A DNA stretch of 64,000 nucleotides from Clostridium sp. CAG:245 (lineage in GTDB: Bacteria; Bacillota; Clostridia; TANB77; CAG-508), in assembly GCA_000435175.1 (NCBI GenBank), contig FR880046.1, forward strand, positions 47,271 to 111,270. The letters run 5' to 3'. Position numbers and translations under genes: made by a program. Each line of letters starts with the position of its first letter. Position 1 is the first letter of the stretch. Of the stretch, positions 42,124 through 52,738 are shown in pieces. The notes beneath the pieces were generated by a model. It worked only from the letters and a program-made list of their open reading frames with translations. It did not search any database and had not been told where the DNA came from.

Positions 42124-42153
42124 AAACAGAGCCTTAAAGTACGCTCTGTTTTA
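42124..42153 (+). terminator. Rho-independent terminator
   Basis: AACAGAGC...GCTCTGTT followed by TTATT. Confidence 0.6.
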
Positions 42154-42302
42154 TTATATATTTTAATAATTTATTACGATTTTACTTGCTAAATGCCACA
42201 TTTAGTTATATAATAACCACGTAAACTATAACAAAGTTAAAAAATGGCAAAATGTAATCTATTTTGCCTTGTATTACATAAATTTGAAAGGATGAATTAT
42301 TC

Positions 42303-45057
42303 ATGGGATTATTTAAAACATACAGTGAAAAAGAAGTAAAAAGAGTAAGGCCTATTGTTGAAAAAATAAACAGTTTAGAGCCAGCTATGAAGGAATTATC
42401 TGATAGCGAGCTAGTTGCAAAAACTCCATACTTTAAGGAACAATTGAAGAACGGAAAAACATTAGATGATATTTTACCAGAAGCATTTGCAGTTGTAAGA
42501 GAAGCATCTAGAAGAGTTTTAGGAATGCGTCATTTCGATGTACAATTAATTGGTGGTATTATACTTCACCAAGGAAGAATTGCAGAAATGAAAACAGGTG
42601 AAGGAAAAACACTTGTTGCAACACTTCCAGTTTATCTAAATGCACTTACAGGAGAAGGCGTTCACGTTATAACTGTAAACGATTACCTAGCAAAAAGAGA
42701 TAGCGAGTGGATGGGAAATCTTTACAGATTCTTAGGACTTTCTGTTGGACTTGTTATTGCTGGAATGAATCCAAAGCAAAAACAAGAAGCATATGCATGT
42801 GATGTTACATATGGTACAAACAACGAGTTTGGTTTCGATTACTTAAGAGATAACATGGTTATATACAAGAACCAATTAGTTCAAAGAAAATTAAAATATG
42901 CAATCGTCGACGAAATCGATAGTATTTTAATTGATGAGGCTCGTACGCCACTTATAATTTCTGGTAGAGGAGCACAATCTTCTAACTTATATCAAAAAGC
43001 TGACCATTTTGTAAAAAAATTACAAGCTAAAGTTATAATTGAAGAAGATGACAAAGATTATGAGCAAGAAGAAGATAACGAAAAATACGATTATATAGTA
43101 GATTTAAAGGCCAAATCTGCAACTCTTACCCAGCAAGGTATAAAGAAGGCTGAACAAGAATTTGGACTAGAAAACTTCAATGATTTAGAAAATTCAGAAT
43201 TAGTTCATGATGTAAATCAAGCTTTACATGCAAATGGAATAATGAAGAAAGATAAAGATTACATTGTAAAAGATGGACAAGTTCTAATTGTAGACGAGTT
43301 TACAGGAAGAATTATGTATGGAAGAAGATACAATGACGGATTACATCAAGCAATTGAAGCAAAAGAGCATGTTAAGATAAACGATGAATCTAAAACACTT
43401 GCCACAATTACATTCCAAAACTACTTTAGAATGTATGAAAAATTATCTGGTATGACAGGTACTGCAATGACAGAAGAAGCAGAATTCCAAGAAATATACA
43501 AATTGGACGTTGTTGAAATTCCAACAAATAAGCCAATGATTAGAAAAGACAATTCAGACATAATATATAAAAATGAAGATGCCAAATTTAGAGCTGTTAT
43601 AGCAGACATCAAAAAAGCTCATGAAAAAGGACAACCAGTTTTAATTGGTACAGTATCTATTGATAAATCTGAAAAATTAAGTAAATTACTTGATAAAGAA
43701 GGAATTCCTCATGAAGTATTAAATGCTAAATACCACGAGAAAGAGGCTCAAATTATAGCACAAGCTGGTAAATTTGGAGCTGTTACAATAGCAACAAACA
43801 TGGCAGGACGTGGTACAGATATTATGCTTGGTGGAAATAGCGAATATCTTGCAAAACAAGAAATGAGAAAGCTAAAATACACTGATGAAGAAATTGAAGA
43901 TGCTGCAGCGCATAACGAGACAGATGACAAGGCAATACTTTCTGCAAGAGAAAAATTCAATGAATTAGAGAAAAAATTCGATAACGAAATAAAAGAAGAA
44001 AAAGAAAAAGTTATTGAAGCAGGCGGTTTAAAGATAATTGGTACACAAAGACACGAATCAAGAAGAATTGATAACCAGCTTCGTGGACGTAGTGGACGTC
44101 AAGGTGACCCAGGAGAATCTAGATTCTACATTGGATTAGACGATGACTTAATGAAAATCTTCGGTGGCGACATTGTAACAAAAGTTTACAATACTTTAGG
44201 CGCAGACGAAGATATGCCAATAGAAAGCAGATTAATTTCAAAGGCTGTTGAAAATGCCCAAAAGAAAGTTGAAGGAAGGAACTTCAGTATAAGAAAGAAC
44301 GTTCTACAATATGACGATGTAATGAATGTTCAAAGAACAGTAATTTATGAGCAAAGAAGAGATGTTTTAGACGGCATGAACTTAAAAGAAAGCATACTAA
44401 AAATGATGGATTCTGTTGTTGAATTAATAGTAGATTCTCACATAGTAGACGGAGAAGAAGTAAACAAAGAATCAATCGCTCAAGACATAGAAACAAACTT
44501 AGGAATAAGCGATGTAGCTGCATTAAAGACAGAAAAATTCGACAGAAATGCTTTAGTAGACGAATTAATAGCAAAAGTACACGAAATATATGCTTCAAAA
44601 GAGACAGAATTTGGTGAGGAAAATTTAAGAGAACTTGAAAGAGTTGTAATGCTTAAAATAGTTGACCAAAAATGGATGGATCATATAGACAACATGGACG
44701 AATTAAAGAAAGGTATTGGACTTCGTGGATATGGACAACAAGACCCAGTTGTACAATACAGACTTGAAGGAACAGAAATGTTTGACGATATGATAGAAGA
44801 CATAAGAATGGACGTTGTAAAAATATTGCTAAACATTCGTAAAAAAGAAGGCCCAATAGAAAGAACAGAAACAACAAAAGTAACAGGAGCAAGCCTTGAA
44901 GATACAGCAATCAACTTAGTTGATGGAAATATATCAGAAAAAGAAGGCGGAATGAACAAAACAGTTGTAAACGAAGGACCAAAAGTTGGAAGAAATGACC
45001 CATGCCCTTGCCGGTTCGGGAAAAAAATATAAGAATTGCTGTGGAAAAAATCAATAA
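42303..45057 (+). CDS. secA: Preprotein translocase ATPase SecA; the C-terminal zinc finger is disrupted by an apparent 1-nt insertion at ~45011 (ORF track ends at 45032)
   Basis: Full SecA domains. Observed tail CPCRFGKKI*. Deleting one C in tgccgg gives [17 protein letters not shown], the canonical SecA zinc-binding tail, ending at 45057. Confidence 0.9.
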
Positions 45058-45132
45058 TATTAACGCTTTCAAAAGTTGTGAAAAATACTTAAAACAAAAA
45101 TTAATGTAGTTAATTTTATCTAAAAGGAAGGA

Positions 45133-45159
45133 AACCAGAGGTTGTTAACCTCTGGTTTT
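45133..45159 (+). terminator. Rho-independent terminator after secA
   Basis: AACCAGAGGTTgttAACCTCTGGTT followed by TT. Confidence 0.65.
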
Positions 45160-45301
45160 GGCATATGCCATCTGTTTATTTTTATAGTAAAAAGACATTA
45201 AAAATGATTGACAGATGTTATAGAAAATGATAAAATAATTATGTTGACTTCAAAAAACGTTTATGAAAAATAATATGTACCATAAATGAAAGGAGCATTT
45301 T

Positions 45302-46303
45302 ATGCCAAAGAATTTTAGACAGGAACAAATTAAAGGGGTAATACAAAATAGCAATAGCTTTGCTATTTTAACCCACGAACGGCCGGATGGCGATGCTATA
45401 TCTAGTGCGCTAGCTATGTATTGGTATATCAAATCTAACTTATCTGATGTGGAGATTGATATTATTATTCCTGAATATCCTAAAAAGTTTTACTTTTTAC
45501 CTGGCTTTGACAATATTAAAACAGAACCTAGTAAAGAACAATATGATATGTTAATTATTGTCGATGTATCAGAGCCGCACAGGATTAATGGGTACGATGT
45601 AGTTGCAAAATATTGCTCAAAAACAATTTGCTTTGATCACCATGAAGATTTTGGCTTGGAAGGGTGTAATGCAGGTATTCTTAACCCAGCTGCACCTTCA
45701 ACAACAGCAATTTTGTTCGATCTATTTGGTAATGTCTGTACAGAATTTCTTGAATGCATATTGACAGGTATTCTTTCTGATACGCAGAATTTAACATTTA
45801 ATACAAACGATGTGACAGTTTGTACTGTTAGAGCAATAGAAAAATTGGGTGTAGATGTAAAAAAATTTAAAAAATTAGTTTCAATGAAAGACCCAAGGAC
45901 AGTTGAACTTACCAAATTGGCTTTAAGAAGAATAACAGAATCAAAGTTTTCTAATCGGCACAATGTAATTTTTTCTTATATAAATCAGTATGATTTATTA
46001 AAAGAAGAACAGTCACTTGCTATTGTGGACTATAAACAAATTATAAAGGATATTCTTGAAAAAATGAAAACAGATGTCCTTGTCTTAGCTATTGAGAACA
46101 ACCGGAATGAATGGAAGATTTCTATAAGATCTAGGATTCCAGAATTAGACTTGAATGCACTCTGTAAACGATTAGTGGAAAGCGATAATTCTTGTTTCTT
46201 AAAGGGAGGCGGACATAGCTATTCTGCGGGAATGACTGCAATGGGAAAATACGAAGACATTATTAGTAAGATTAACGCTAATCTTGCGGAAAAGCTGGCA
46301 TAA
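45302..46303 (+). CDS. DHH family phosphoesterase (NrnA-like oligoribonuclease/pAp phosphatase)
   Basis: DHH motifs ILTHERPDGDAISSALAM, VDVSEPHRI and FDHHED, plus a DHHA1-like C-terminus with GGGH. Confidence 0.8.
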   Translation: MPKNFRQEQIKGVIQNSNSFAILTHERPDGDAISSALAMYWYIKSNLSDVEIDIIIPEYPKKFYFLPGFDNIKTEPSKEQYDMLIIVDVSEPHRINGYDVVAKYCSKTICFDHHEDFGLEGCNAGILNPAAPSTTAILFDLFGNVCTEFLECILTGILSDTQNLTFNTNDVTVCTVRAIEKLGVDVKKFKKLVSMKDPRTVELTKLALRRITESKFSNRHNVIFSYINQYDLLKEEQSLAIVDYKQIIKDILEKMKTDVLVLAIENNRNEWKISIRSRIPELDLNALCKRLVESDNSCFLKGGGHSYSAGMTAMGKYEDIISKINANLAEKLA

Positions 46304-46310
46304 AATGCTA

Positions 46311-46345
46311 ATCCTCAAAGGTTATTAACCTTTGGGGATTTTTAT
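46311..46345. terminator. Terminator (bidirectional) after the DHH gene
   Basis: ATCCTCAAAGGTTattAACCTTTGGGGAT followed by TTTTT. Confidence 0.6.
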
Positions 46346-46417
46346 AGTTATCCATATTTCAAAGAAAAACTCACCCTTTGCAGGATGAGAAAAGAATACA
46401 TTCTTTTTTATAAGCTT

Positions 46418-46588
46418 TTACTTAGAAGGCCTGCAGCTCTCAACGCAAGCACAGATATCTGCCTGAGTCATGTGTTTGAAATTGCCAGTAGCAATTTCCA
46501 TGTTTATGCAAGCAGCATTGTACTTTGCTTCTTCTTCAGAAGGTTTCTGAATGGTAGCTTCGGGCTGGTTCTTTTTGAAAAAACTCAT
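46418..46588 (-). CDS. Small Cys-containing hypothetical protein (56 aa)
   Basis: Not in the ORF track (<60 aa). Minus-strand ATG preceded by a strong RBS (AAGGAGGACAAT). Protein MSFFKKNQPEATIQKPSEEEAKYNAACINMEIATGNFKHMTQADICACVESCRPSK. Locally ~43% GC. Confidence 0.5.
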   Translation of the reverse strand: MSFFKKNQPEATIQKPSEEEAKYNAACINMEIATGNFKHMTQADICACVESCRPSK

Positions 46589-46805
46589 ATTGTCCTCCTT
46601 GGAGAATAACTCTCCATCAGATGTGTAAATTGCGAACTTATATATTATATCACTTTTAATGTTAGTTGTAAATAATTTTAAATTGCTATTTTTAGCTAAA
46701 AAGCTTACAAATCGAGAAAAATGTGATATAATTACACAAGCTTAAAATATAGCATTTAGCTATGTTATGAATTTCGTGATTTCTGCATAGAAAGGAGAAA
46801 ATGCT

Positions 46806-46976
46806 ATGAGTTTATTATTAGCTTTAGGCATTGTAGCAATTCTTATTCTTAGTGGATTCTTATGGGGAAGCATTGAAGTAAAGAGGTATAAAAGAGACTA
46901 TAAGTTTGAGTCAAAAGATTTTATAAACAGATTTGAAAACAGTGCTTGGTCTTTGAGATGGCATGATGATGACTAA
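46806..46976 (+). CDS. Small membrane protein (56 aa)
   Basis: ATG after a GAAAGGAGAAAA RBS. One TM (MSLLLALGIVAILILSGFLWG) then a charged tail. Confidence 0.45.
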   Translation: MSLLLALGIVAILILSGFLWGSIEVKRYKRDYKFESKDFINRFENSAWSLRWHDDD

Positions 46977-47077
46977 TTAGTTCAATTAAATCACGAATTT
47001 TTTGGAAAAGCTAATTTTCTAAGGTTGCTAGACGAGAATCTTTTGGTCTAGCAACACTATTAAATAAAGGAAGTACT

Positions 47078-47329
47078 ATGAAAAAGATATATAAAGAACC
47101 AAATAAATCAGAAACAGAAACAACAATAAATGTATTATATAGTGAGAATATTCTTTCTATATGTACTAATAAGGTAGATTTACAGAAAAAATTAAATAAG
47201 CTATTAGGAGAACCAGCAAAAGAACATAAAATAAAAAGAAGTATTGCTGGAAGTACTTGGAATATATCACTAGATGATAAAACAAAAATTCAGAAGGTTA
47301 TTTTAAAAGCTAATATATATGATATGTAA
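47078..47329 (+). CDS. Hypothetical protein
   Basis: 83-aa ORF with an AAAGGAAG RBS. No family recognised. Confidence 0.35.
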   Translation: MKKIYKEPNKSETETTINVLYSENILSICTNKVDLQKKLNKLLGEPAKEHKIKRSIAGSTWNISLDDKTKIQKVILKANIYDM

Positions 47330-47446
47330 AGATCTAAAGGCAATTATAAATGAAAAAATTTGCCTTTAAATTTTCATATAAAAACGCAAACAAATGTTTA
47401 CAATGCAAATAATATGTGTTATACTATTTGCACGAGGTGATTTTCT

Positions 47447-48949
47447 GTGGAAAGGATATATGCTGCAATAGACTTAAAATCTTTTTTTGCATCTGTAGAA
47501 TGTAGAAAAAGAAATCTAGATCCACTCACAACAAATTTGGTGGTGGCGGATAATACAAGAACTGAAAAGACAATATGCTTAGCTATTTCGCCAAGTTTAA
47601 AGGCATATGGATTGCCTGGTAGAGCAAGGCTTTTTGAAGTTGTGCAAAAAGTAAAAAATATAAATAATGATAGAAAAAGGTGGGCTTTTCAAAATATTTT
47701 TACGGGAAAATCTTATGACGATATAGAATTAAAGCAAAATAAAAAACTAGAATTAGACTACATAATTGCACCTCCACATATGGCTTCATATATGGAGTAC
47801 AGTGCCAAAATTTATAACATATATTTAAAGTATGTTTCTCCAGAGGACATATTTCCATATTCGATAGATGAAATATTTTGCGATTTAACGAGTTATCTAA
47901 ATACGTATAAGCTTACTCCTAGGGAGCTTGTTACTAAAATAATACATGATGTATACGAAACTACTGGGATTACTGCAACTGCTGGAATAGGGACTAATCT
48001 CTTCTTGTGTAAGGTTGCCATGGATGTTATGGCAAAACACGTTGACCCTGATAAATATGGAGTTAGAATTGCAGAATTAGATGAGAAGAGCTTTAGAGAA
48101 AAGTTATGGAATCATAGACCAATTACAGATTTTTGGAGAGTAGGTAAAGGCTATGCAAAAAGATTAGAAAAATACAGAATGTTTACAATGGGAGACGTAG
48201 CAAGATGCTCAGTAGACAATGAAGAATTATTATATAAATTATTTGGTGTAAATGCCGAATTATTAATTGACCATAGTTGGGGTTGGGAATGTGCTACTAT
48301 AAAGAGTATTAAAGAATGTAAGCCAGCAAATAGAAGCTTGTGTTCTGGACAGGTGCTTCACTGTCCGTACAATTATGAGCAGTCTAGGCTCATAATCAAG
48401 GAGATGGCAAATGAAATTGTCTTAGACATGGTGCAGAAACATTTTGTTACAGACATATTGGTTCTTACGGTAGAGTATGATGTGGAAAATTTAAAAAATG
48501 CAGAATTCAGTAAGAATTATAATGGAGAGATAAAAGAAGATAGATATGGAAGAGAAGTTCCGAAACCAGCACATGGAACATTTAGACTAGATAAAAAAAC
48601 ATTTTCTACGAGAATAATTAGTGAAGGGTTTGTTCATTTGTATGATGAAATAATAAATAGAAATTTGTTAATAAGAAAGATATATTTGACTGTTGGAAAT
48701 TTGACGGATGAAAAAGAATTAAAACAGGAAAATCAATATGAACAGGTAAATTTATTTACTAATTATGGAAAGTTAGCAGAGAAAGAAAAAGAGGAAAAAG
48801 TAAAATTAGAAAAAGAGAAAAAAATTCAAAATACTATTATAGATTTAAAAAATAGATTCGGTAAAAATGCAATAATAAAAGGAATGGATTTAGAAGAAGA
48901 CGCTACAACAATACAGAGAAATGGGCAAATTGGAGGCCACCAAGAGTAA
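47447..48949 (+). CDS. Y-family DNA polymerase (UvrX/YqjW/ImpB-like translesion polymerase)
   Basis: N-terminal IDLKSFFASVECRKRNLDPLTTNLVVAD palm motif of the ImpB/MucB/SamB family. 500 aa. GTG start. Confidence 0.85.
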   Translation: MERIYAAIDLKSFFASVECRKRNLDPLTTNLVVADNTRTEKTICLAISPSLKAYGLPGRARLFEVVQKVKNINNDRKRWAFQNIFTGKSYDDIELKQNKKLELDYIIAPPHMASYMEYSAKIYNIYLKYVSPEDIFPYSIDEIFCDLTSYLNTYKLTPRELVTKIIHDVYETTGITATAGIGTNLFLCKVAMDVMAKHVDPDKYGVRIAELDEKSFREKLWNHRPITDFWRVGKGYAKRLEKYRMFTMGDVARCSVDNEELLYKLFGVNAELLIDHSWGWECATIKSIKECKPANRSLCSGQVLHCPYNYEQSRLIIKEMANEIVLDMVQKHFVTDILVLTVEYDVENLKNAEFSKNYNGEIKEDRYGREVPKPAHGTFRLDKKTFSTRIISEGFVHLYDEIINRNLLIRKIYLTVGNLTDEKELKQENQYEQVNLFTNYGKLAEKEKEEKVKLEKEKKIQNTIIDLKNRFGKNAIIKGMDLEEDATTIQRNGQIGGHQE

Positions 48950-48984
48950 AATGAAAATATTTTATAGAGCGGAGGTATGGAACT

Positions 48985-49386
48985 ATGAGGATTGAACATA
49001 AATACGATGACATAATAAAATTGGAGCACCATGTTTCAAAAATACATCCACGAATGAGTCTAGAGGCCAGGTCTGCACAGTTTGCTCCATTTTCTGCTGT
49101 AACAGGCTATGAAGATGAAGTAAGTGAAGTAGCTAGAGTAACTGAAAATCAAATAGAAGTAACAGATGAAATACGAAATGATATAAATAAAAAACTAAGT
49201 TATATTAAACAAAATCCCAGACAACAAGTATCAATAACTTTTTTTGTGAAAGACACAAAAAAGCAAGGTGGAAAATACGAAACAATAACAGGATTAGTAA
49301 AAAAGATTGATGATATAAAAAACATTATCATATTGAATGATAGTAAAGTAATAAGAATGGAAGATATAACAGAAATTATATTATAA
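48985..49386 (+). CDS. YolD-like protein (accessory partner of Y-family polymerases)
   Basis: 133-aa protein immediately downstream of the Y-family polymerase, the conserved yqjW-yqjX / uvrX-yolD arrangement. Sequence ...FAPFSAVTGYED... fits YolD. Confidence 0.7.
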   Translation: MRIEHKYDDIIKLEHHVSKIHPRMSLEARSAQFAPFSAVTGYEDEVSEVARVTENQIEVTDEIRNDINKKLSYIKQNPRQQVSITFFVKDTKKQGGKYETITGLVKKIDDIKNIIILNDSKVIRMEDITEIIL

Positions 49387-49452
49387 AGCTTTAAAATTGG
49401 ATTTTAATATGGTATAAACAATATATTAGAAATATGTTATAAGAGGTACAGT

Positions 49453-50022
49453 ATGTCGGAAATTACGAAAAGAGCATTAGCTACATCTTTAAAGAAGTTG
49501 CTGTCTCAAAAAGAATTAACAAAAATATCTATTAAGGATATAACAGATGATTGTGGAATACAGAGGCAAACTTTTTATTATCATTTTGCAGATGTATATG
49601 ATTTGATAGAGTGGATATATACTAATGAGGTTATTAAACCAATTATTCACGATAAAGATACATATGAAAAGTGGAAGGAAGGATTTCTTAGTATTTTTAA
49701 TTATGTGCAAGATAATAAGGATTTTGTGAGAAATACATATAACTCAATAAGTAGAAAATATGTAAACAAATTTATATATGAACATACTGATAAATTATTG
49801 AAAAATGTAATCGATGAAGAAGCGGAAAAAGAAAGCATAAAGGTACAAGACGAAGATAAGACTTTTATAGCTACATTTTATAGATATTCATTTGTAGGAA
49901 TAATTCAGAATTGGATAGAAGAAGGCATGAAGGAAAGTCCAAAAGAAATAATAGAAAAGTTAAGTAAAATTTTAGATGGAAGTTTTAAAAAAGCTTTGTA
50001 TAATTTAAGCAATGATAGGTAA
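49453..50022 (+). CDS. TetR/AcrR family transcriptional regulator
   Basis: N-terminal HTH ISIKDITDDCGIQRQTFYYHFADVYDL. Confidence 0.85.
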   Translation: MSEITKRALATSLKKLLSQKELTKISIKDITDDCGIQRQTFYYHFADVYDLIEWIYTNEVIKPIIHDKDTYEKWKEGFLSIFNYVQDNKDFVRNTYNSISRKYVNKFIYEHTDKLLKNVIDEEAEKESIKVQDEDKTFIATFYRYSFVGIIQNWIEEGMKESPKEIIEKLSKILDGSFKKALYNLSNDR

Positions 50023-50162
50023 AATATTTACTGATTGTTTAATAAATTTTTGACAATTATATAAATTTGTAAAATTTTTTGACATTATGAAAAAACTGGT
50101 TATTGAAAATTATAAATTTTTATTTTTATAATAAATTTATTAAAACTAAGGAGGTAAAATTT

Positions 50163-51938
50163 ATGTATTATAGTAGTGGAAATTACGAAGCTTTTGCAAG
50201 ACCTGTTAAACCAGAGGGTGTTGATGATAAATCAGCATATATTATAGGCTCTGGACTCGGAGCTCTTGCTGCAGCTTGTTTTCTAGTTCGTGATGGACAG
50301 ATGAAAGGCGAAAAAGTTCATATTCTTGAAAAGGACTCAATTCCAGGAGGCGCATGTGATGGATATAAGTATGACAATTTAGGATATGTTATGCGTGGCG
50401 GGAGAGAGATGGATAACCATTTTGAATGCATGTGGGACTTATTCCGTTCAATTCCATCAATAGAAACAGAAGGTGTAAGTGTTTTAGACGAATATTATTG
50501 GCTTAATAAAAAGGATCCAAATTATTCTTTAATGAGAGCCACTATAAATAGAGGTGAAGATGCACATACAGATAAGAAATTTGGTTTGTCTGATAAAGGT
50601 GCAATGGAAATATTAAAATTGTTCTTTACTCCAAATGAAGAACTATACGATAAAAAGATTACTGATTTTTTTGATGATGAAGTGTTAAATTCAAATTTCT
50701 GGTTATATTGGCGTACCATGTTTGCCTTTGAAAATTGGCACAGTGCATTGGAAATGAAGTTATATATACAAAGATATATACATCATATTGGCGGATTGCC
50801 AGATTTTACAGCATTAAGATTTACAAAATATAATCAATATGAATCTATGATATTGCCAATGATTAAGTATTTGGAAGGATTCGGAGTTCAATTCCATTAC
50901 AACACAAAAGTTGAAAATGTTGAGTTCGACATCCAAGAATATAAGAAAGTGGCAAAAAGAATAATATATACTACAGATGGAAATCAAAATTCTATAGATT
51001 TAACGGAAAACGATCTAGTATTTATTACGAATGGTGGATGTGTAGAAAATGCAAGACTTGGAAGTCAAAATACACCAGCTCCATTTGACTCAGAAATAAA
51101 ACCAGGCGGTGGCTGGGATATGTGGAGAAAAATAGCAGAGCAATGTGATGAATTTGGTCACCCAGATAAATTCTGCTCCGACCCAGAACAAACAAACTGG
51201 ATGAGTGCAACAGTAACTACTTTAGATGGAAGAATTCCACCTTATGTAGAAAAAATATGTAAGAGAGATCCATTTAGCGGAAAGGTTGTAACTGGAGGAA
51301 TAGTAACCTGTAAAGATTCTAACTGGTTATTAAGCTGGACATTTAACCGTCAACCACAATTTAGAAGTCAGCCAAAAGACCAATTAGTTGGCTGGATTTA
51401 TGGATTATTTACAGATAAACCAGGAAACTTTGTTAAAAAGCCAATGAGAGAATGTACAGGAAAAGAAATTTGTATGGAATGGCTATACCATATTGGAGTT
51501 CCAGAAAATCAAATAGAAGATATGGCAGAAAAAAGTGCAAATACAATTCCATGCATGATGCCATATATAACAGCATTCTTTATGCCAAGAAAAGATGGAG
51601 ATAGACCGCTTGTTGTACCAAATGGAAGTGTAAATTTTGCATTCTTAGGACAATTTGCAGAAACCAAAAGAGATACAATATTTACAACAGAATATTCTAT
51701 ACGTACAGCAATGGAAGCCGTTTACACTTTGTTAAATGTAGATAGAGGCGTGCCAGAAGTATGGGGCAGTGTGTATGATATAAGAGATTTGTTGAATGCA
51801 ACTGTAAAGCTAAGAGATGGCAAGAAAGCAACAGATATGGATATGAATTTACCACAAAGAATGGCAGTGAAAGAACTTCTAAAAAAGATAGAAGGAACAG
51901 ATATAGAACTTATTTTGAAACAATATAATGTAATATAA
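50163..51938 (+). CDS. ohyA: Oleate hydratase (MCRA family, FAD-dependent)
   Basis: MYYSSGNYEAFARPVKP...AYIIGSGLGALAAACFLVRDG (FAD Rossmann). ~592 aa. Start after the AAGGAGG RBS rather than the ORF-track 50103. Confidence 0.9.
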   Translation: MYYSSGNYEAFARPVKPEGVDDKSAYIIGSGLGALAAACFLVRDGQMKGEKVHILEKDSIPGGACDGYKYDNLGYVMRGGREMDNHFECMWDLFRSIPSIETEGVSVLDEYYWLNKKDPNYSLMRATINRGEDAHTDKKFGLSDKGAMEILKLFFTPNEELYDKKITDFFDDEVLNSNFWLYWRTMFAFENWHSALEMKLYIQRYIHHIGGLPDFTALRFTKYNQYESMILPMIKYLEGFGVQFHYNTKVENVEFDIQEYKKVAKRIIYTTDGNQNSIDLTENDLVFITNGGCVENARLGSQNTPAPFDSEIKPGGGWDMWRKIAEQCDEFGHPDKFCSDPEQTNWMSATVTTLDGRIPPYVEKICKRDPFSGKVVTGGIVTCKDSNWLLSWTFNRQPQFRSQPKDQLVGWIYGLFTDKPGNFVKKPMRECTGKEICMEWLYHIGVPENQIEDMAEKSANTIPCMMPYITAFFMPRKDGDRPLVVPNGSVNFAFLGQFAETKRDTIFTTEYSIRTAMEAVYTLLNVDRGVPEVWGSVYDIRDLLNATVKLRDGKKATDMDMNLPQRMAVKELLKKIEGTDIELILKQYNVI

Positions 51939-51943
51939 AGATT

Positions 51944-51989
51944 AAAATGCTAATATGTCAGATAAAAAATTTTGACATATTAGCATTTT
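51944..51989 (+). terminator. Long-stem terminator after ohyA
   Basis: AAAATGCTAATATGTCA...TGACATATTAGCATTTT, a 17-bp stem. Confidence 0.65.
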
Positions 51990-52133
51990 GCTGTGATTTT
52001 AAATTGACATTTTATGTAAAATATAGTAAAATGAATAATTGTAAAAATGCTGTATAGATATATCATAGTCAAATTGACGATGGTAATAAAAGTGTACGGC
52101 AGATGCTATACTAACAAAAGAGAGGTTAGGAGT

Positions 52134-52550
52134 ATGAAATTGAAGTTGTTTTTGTCAGATTATCAATATCGGCAGATGTTAATGAAAGACTTGACGATGA
52201 AAATTACAGGGTTACCAATTGTGAAACAGGTTTATCATCATTATCGGGTGAACCAGTTTAAGAAGGAAAACAAAAACTTGGACGGTTGGGAGTGCTATGT
52301 TAAACTTCTTCAGATTGAAGAGGATAACAGACGTTTTTTGTTTAACGTAGCTCTTCTGAGGCTGAAAGAATGCCTGCAGGATGAAAAGACCACACATGAA
52401 AAACTCGAGGATCAGAAAAAATTGGTCCTGTCTTACTCGCTTATCCAAGAAGAAAGGTTTAATAGCCTCAAAACATGGATCGAGACGGTAGAAATTGGAG
52501 AGAAAGATCTCTCTATGTTAGACAATGCCATGAATGGCTTGCTAAAGTAA
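52134..52550 (+). CDS. Hypothetical protein (locally ~40% GC, likely horizontally acquired)
   Basis: 139-aa ORF after an AGGAG RBS. Followed by a hairpin plus T-run terminator at ~52575..52626. GC is clearly above background. Confidence 0.5.
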   Translation: MKLKLFLSDYQYRQMLMKDLTMKITGLPIVKQVYHHYRVNQFKKENKNLDGWECYVKLLQIEEDNRRFLFNVALLRLKECLQDEKTTHEKLEDQKKLVLSYSLIQEERFNSLKTWIETVEIGEKDLSMLDNAMNGLLK

Positions 52551-52738
52551 AATAGCCATTCGAAGATAATCCTCTGCAACAGACGAAGAAAAAATTATGT
52601 CTGGTGCAGGGGATTTTTTATAAAAGGAAACAATAGGTGATAAGAAGTTATAAAATTAGAAAAATCTATTTACTTTATATGCTTGGATATGTTAAAGTAT
52701 AAGTAGAGTAAAAAATAAAAGAAAGGAATTTTAAAATT

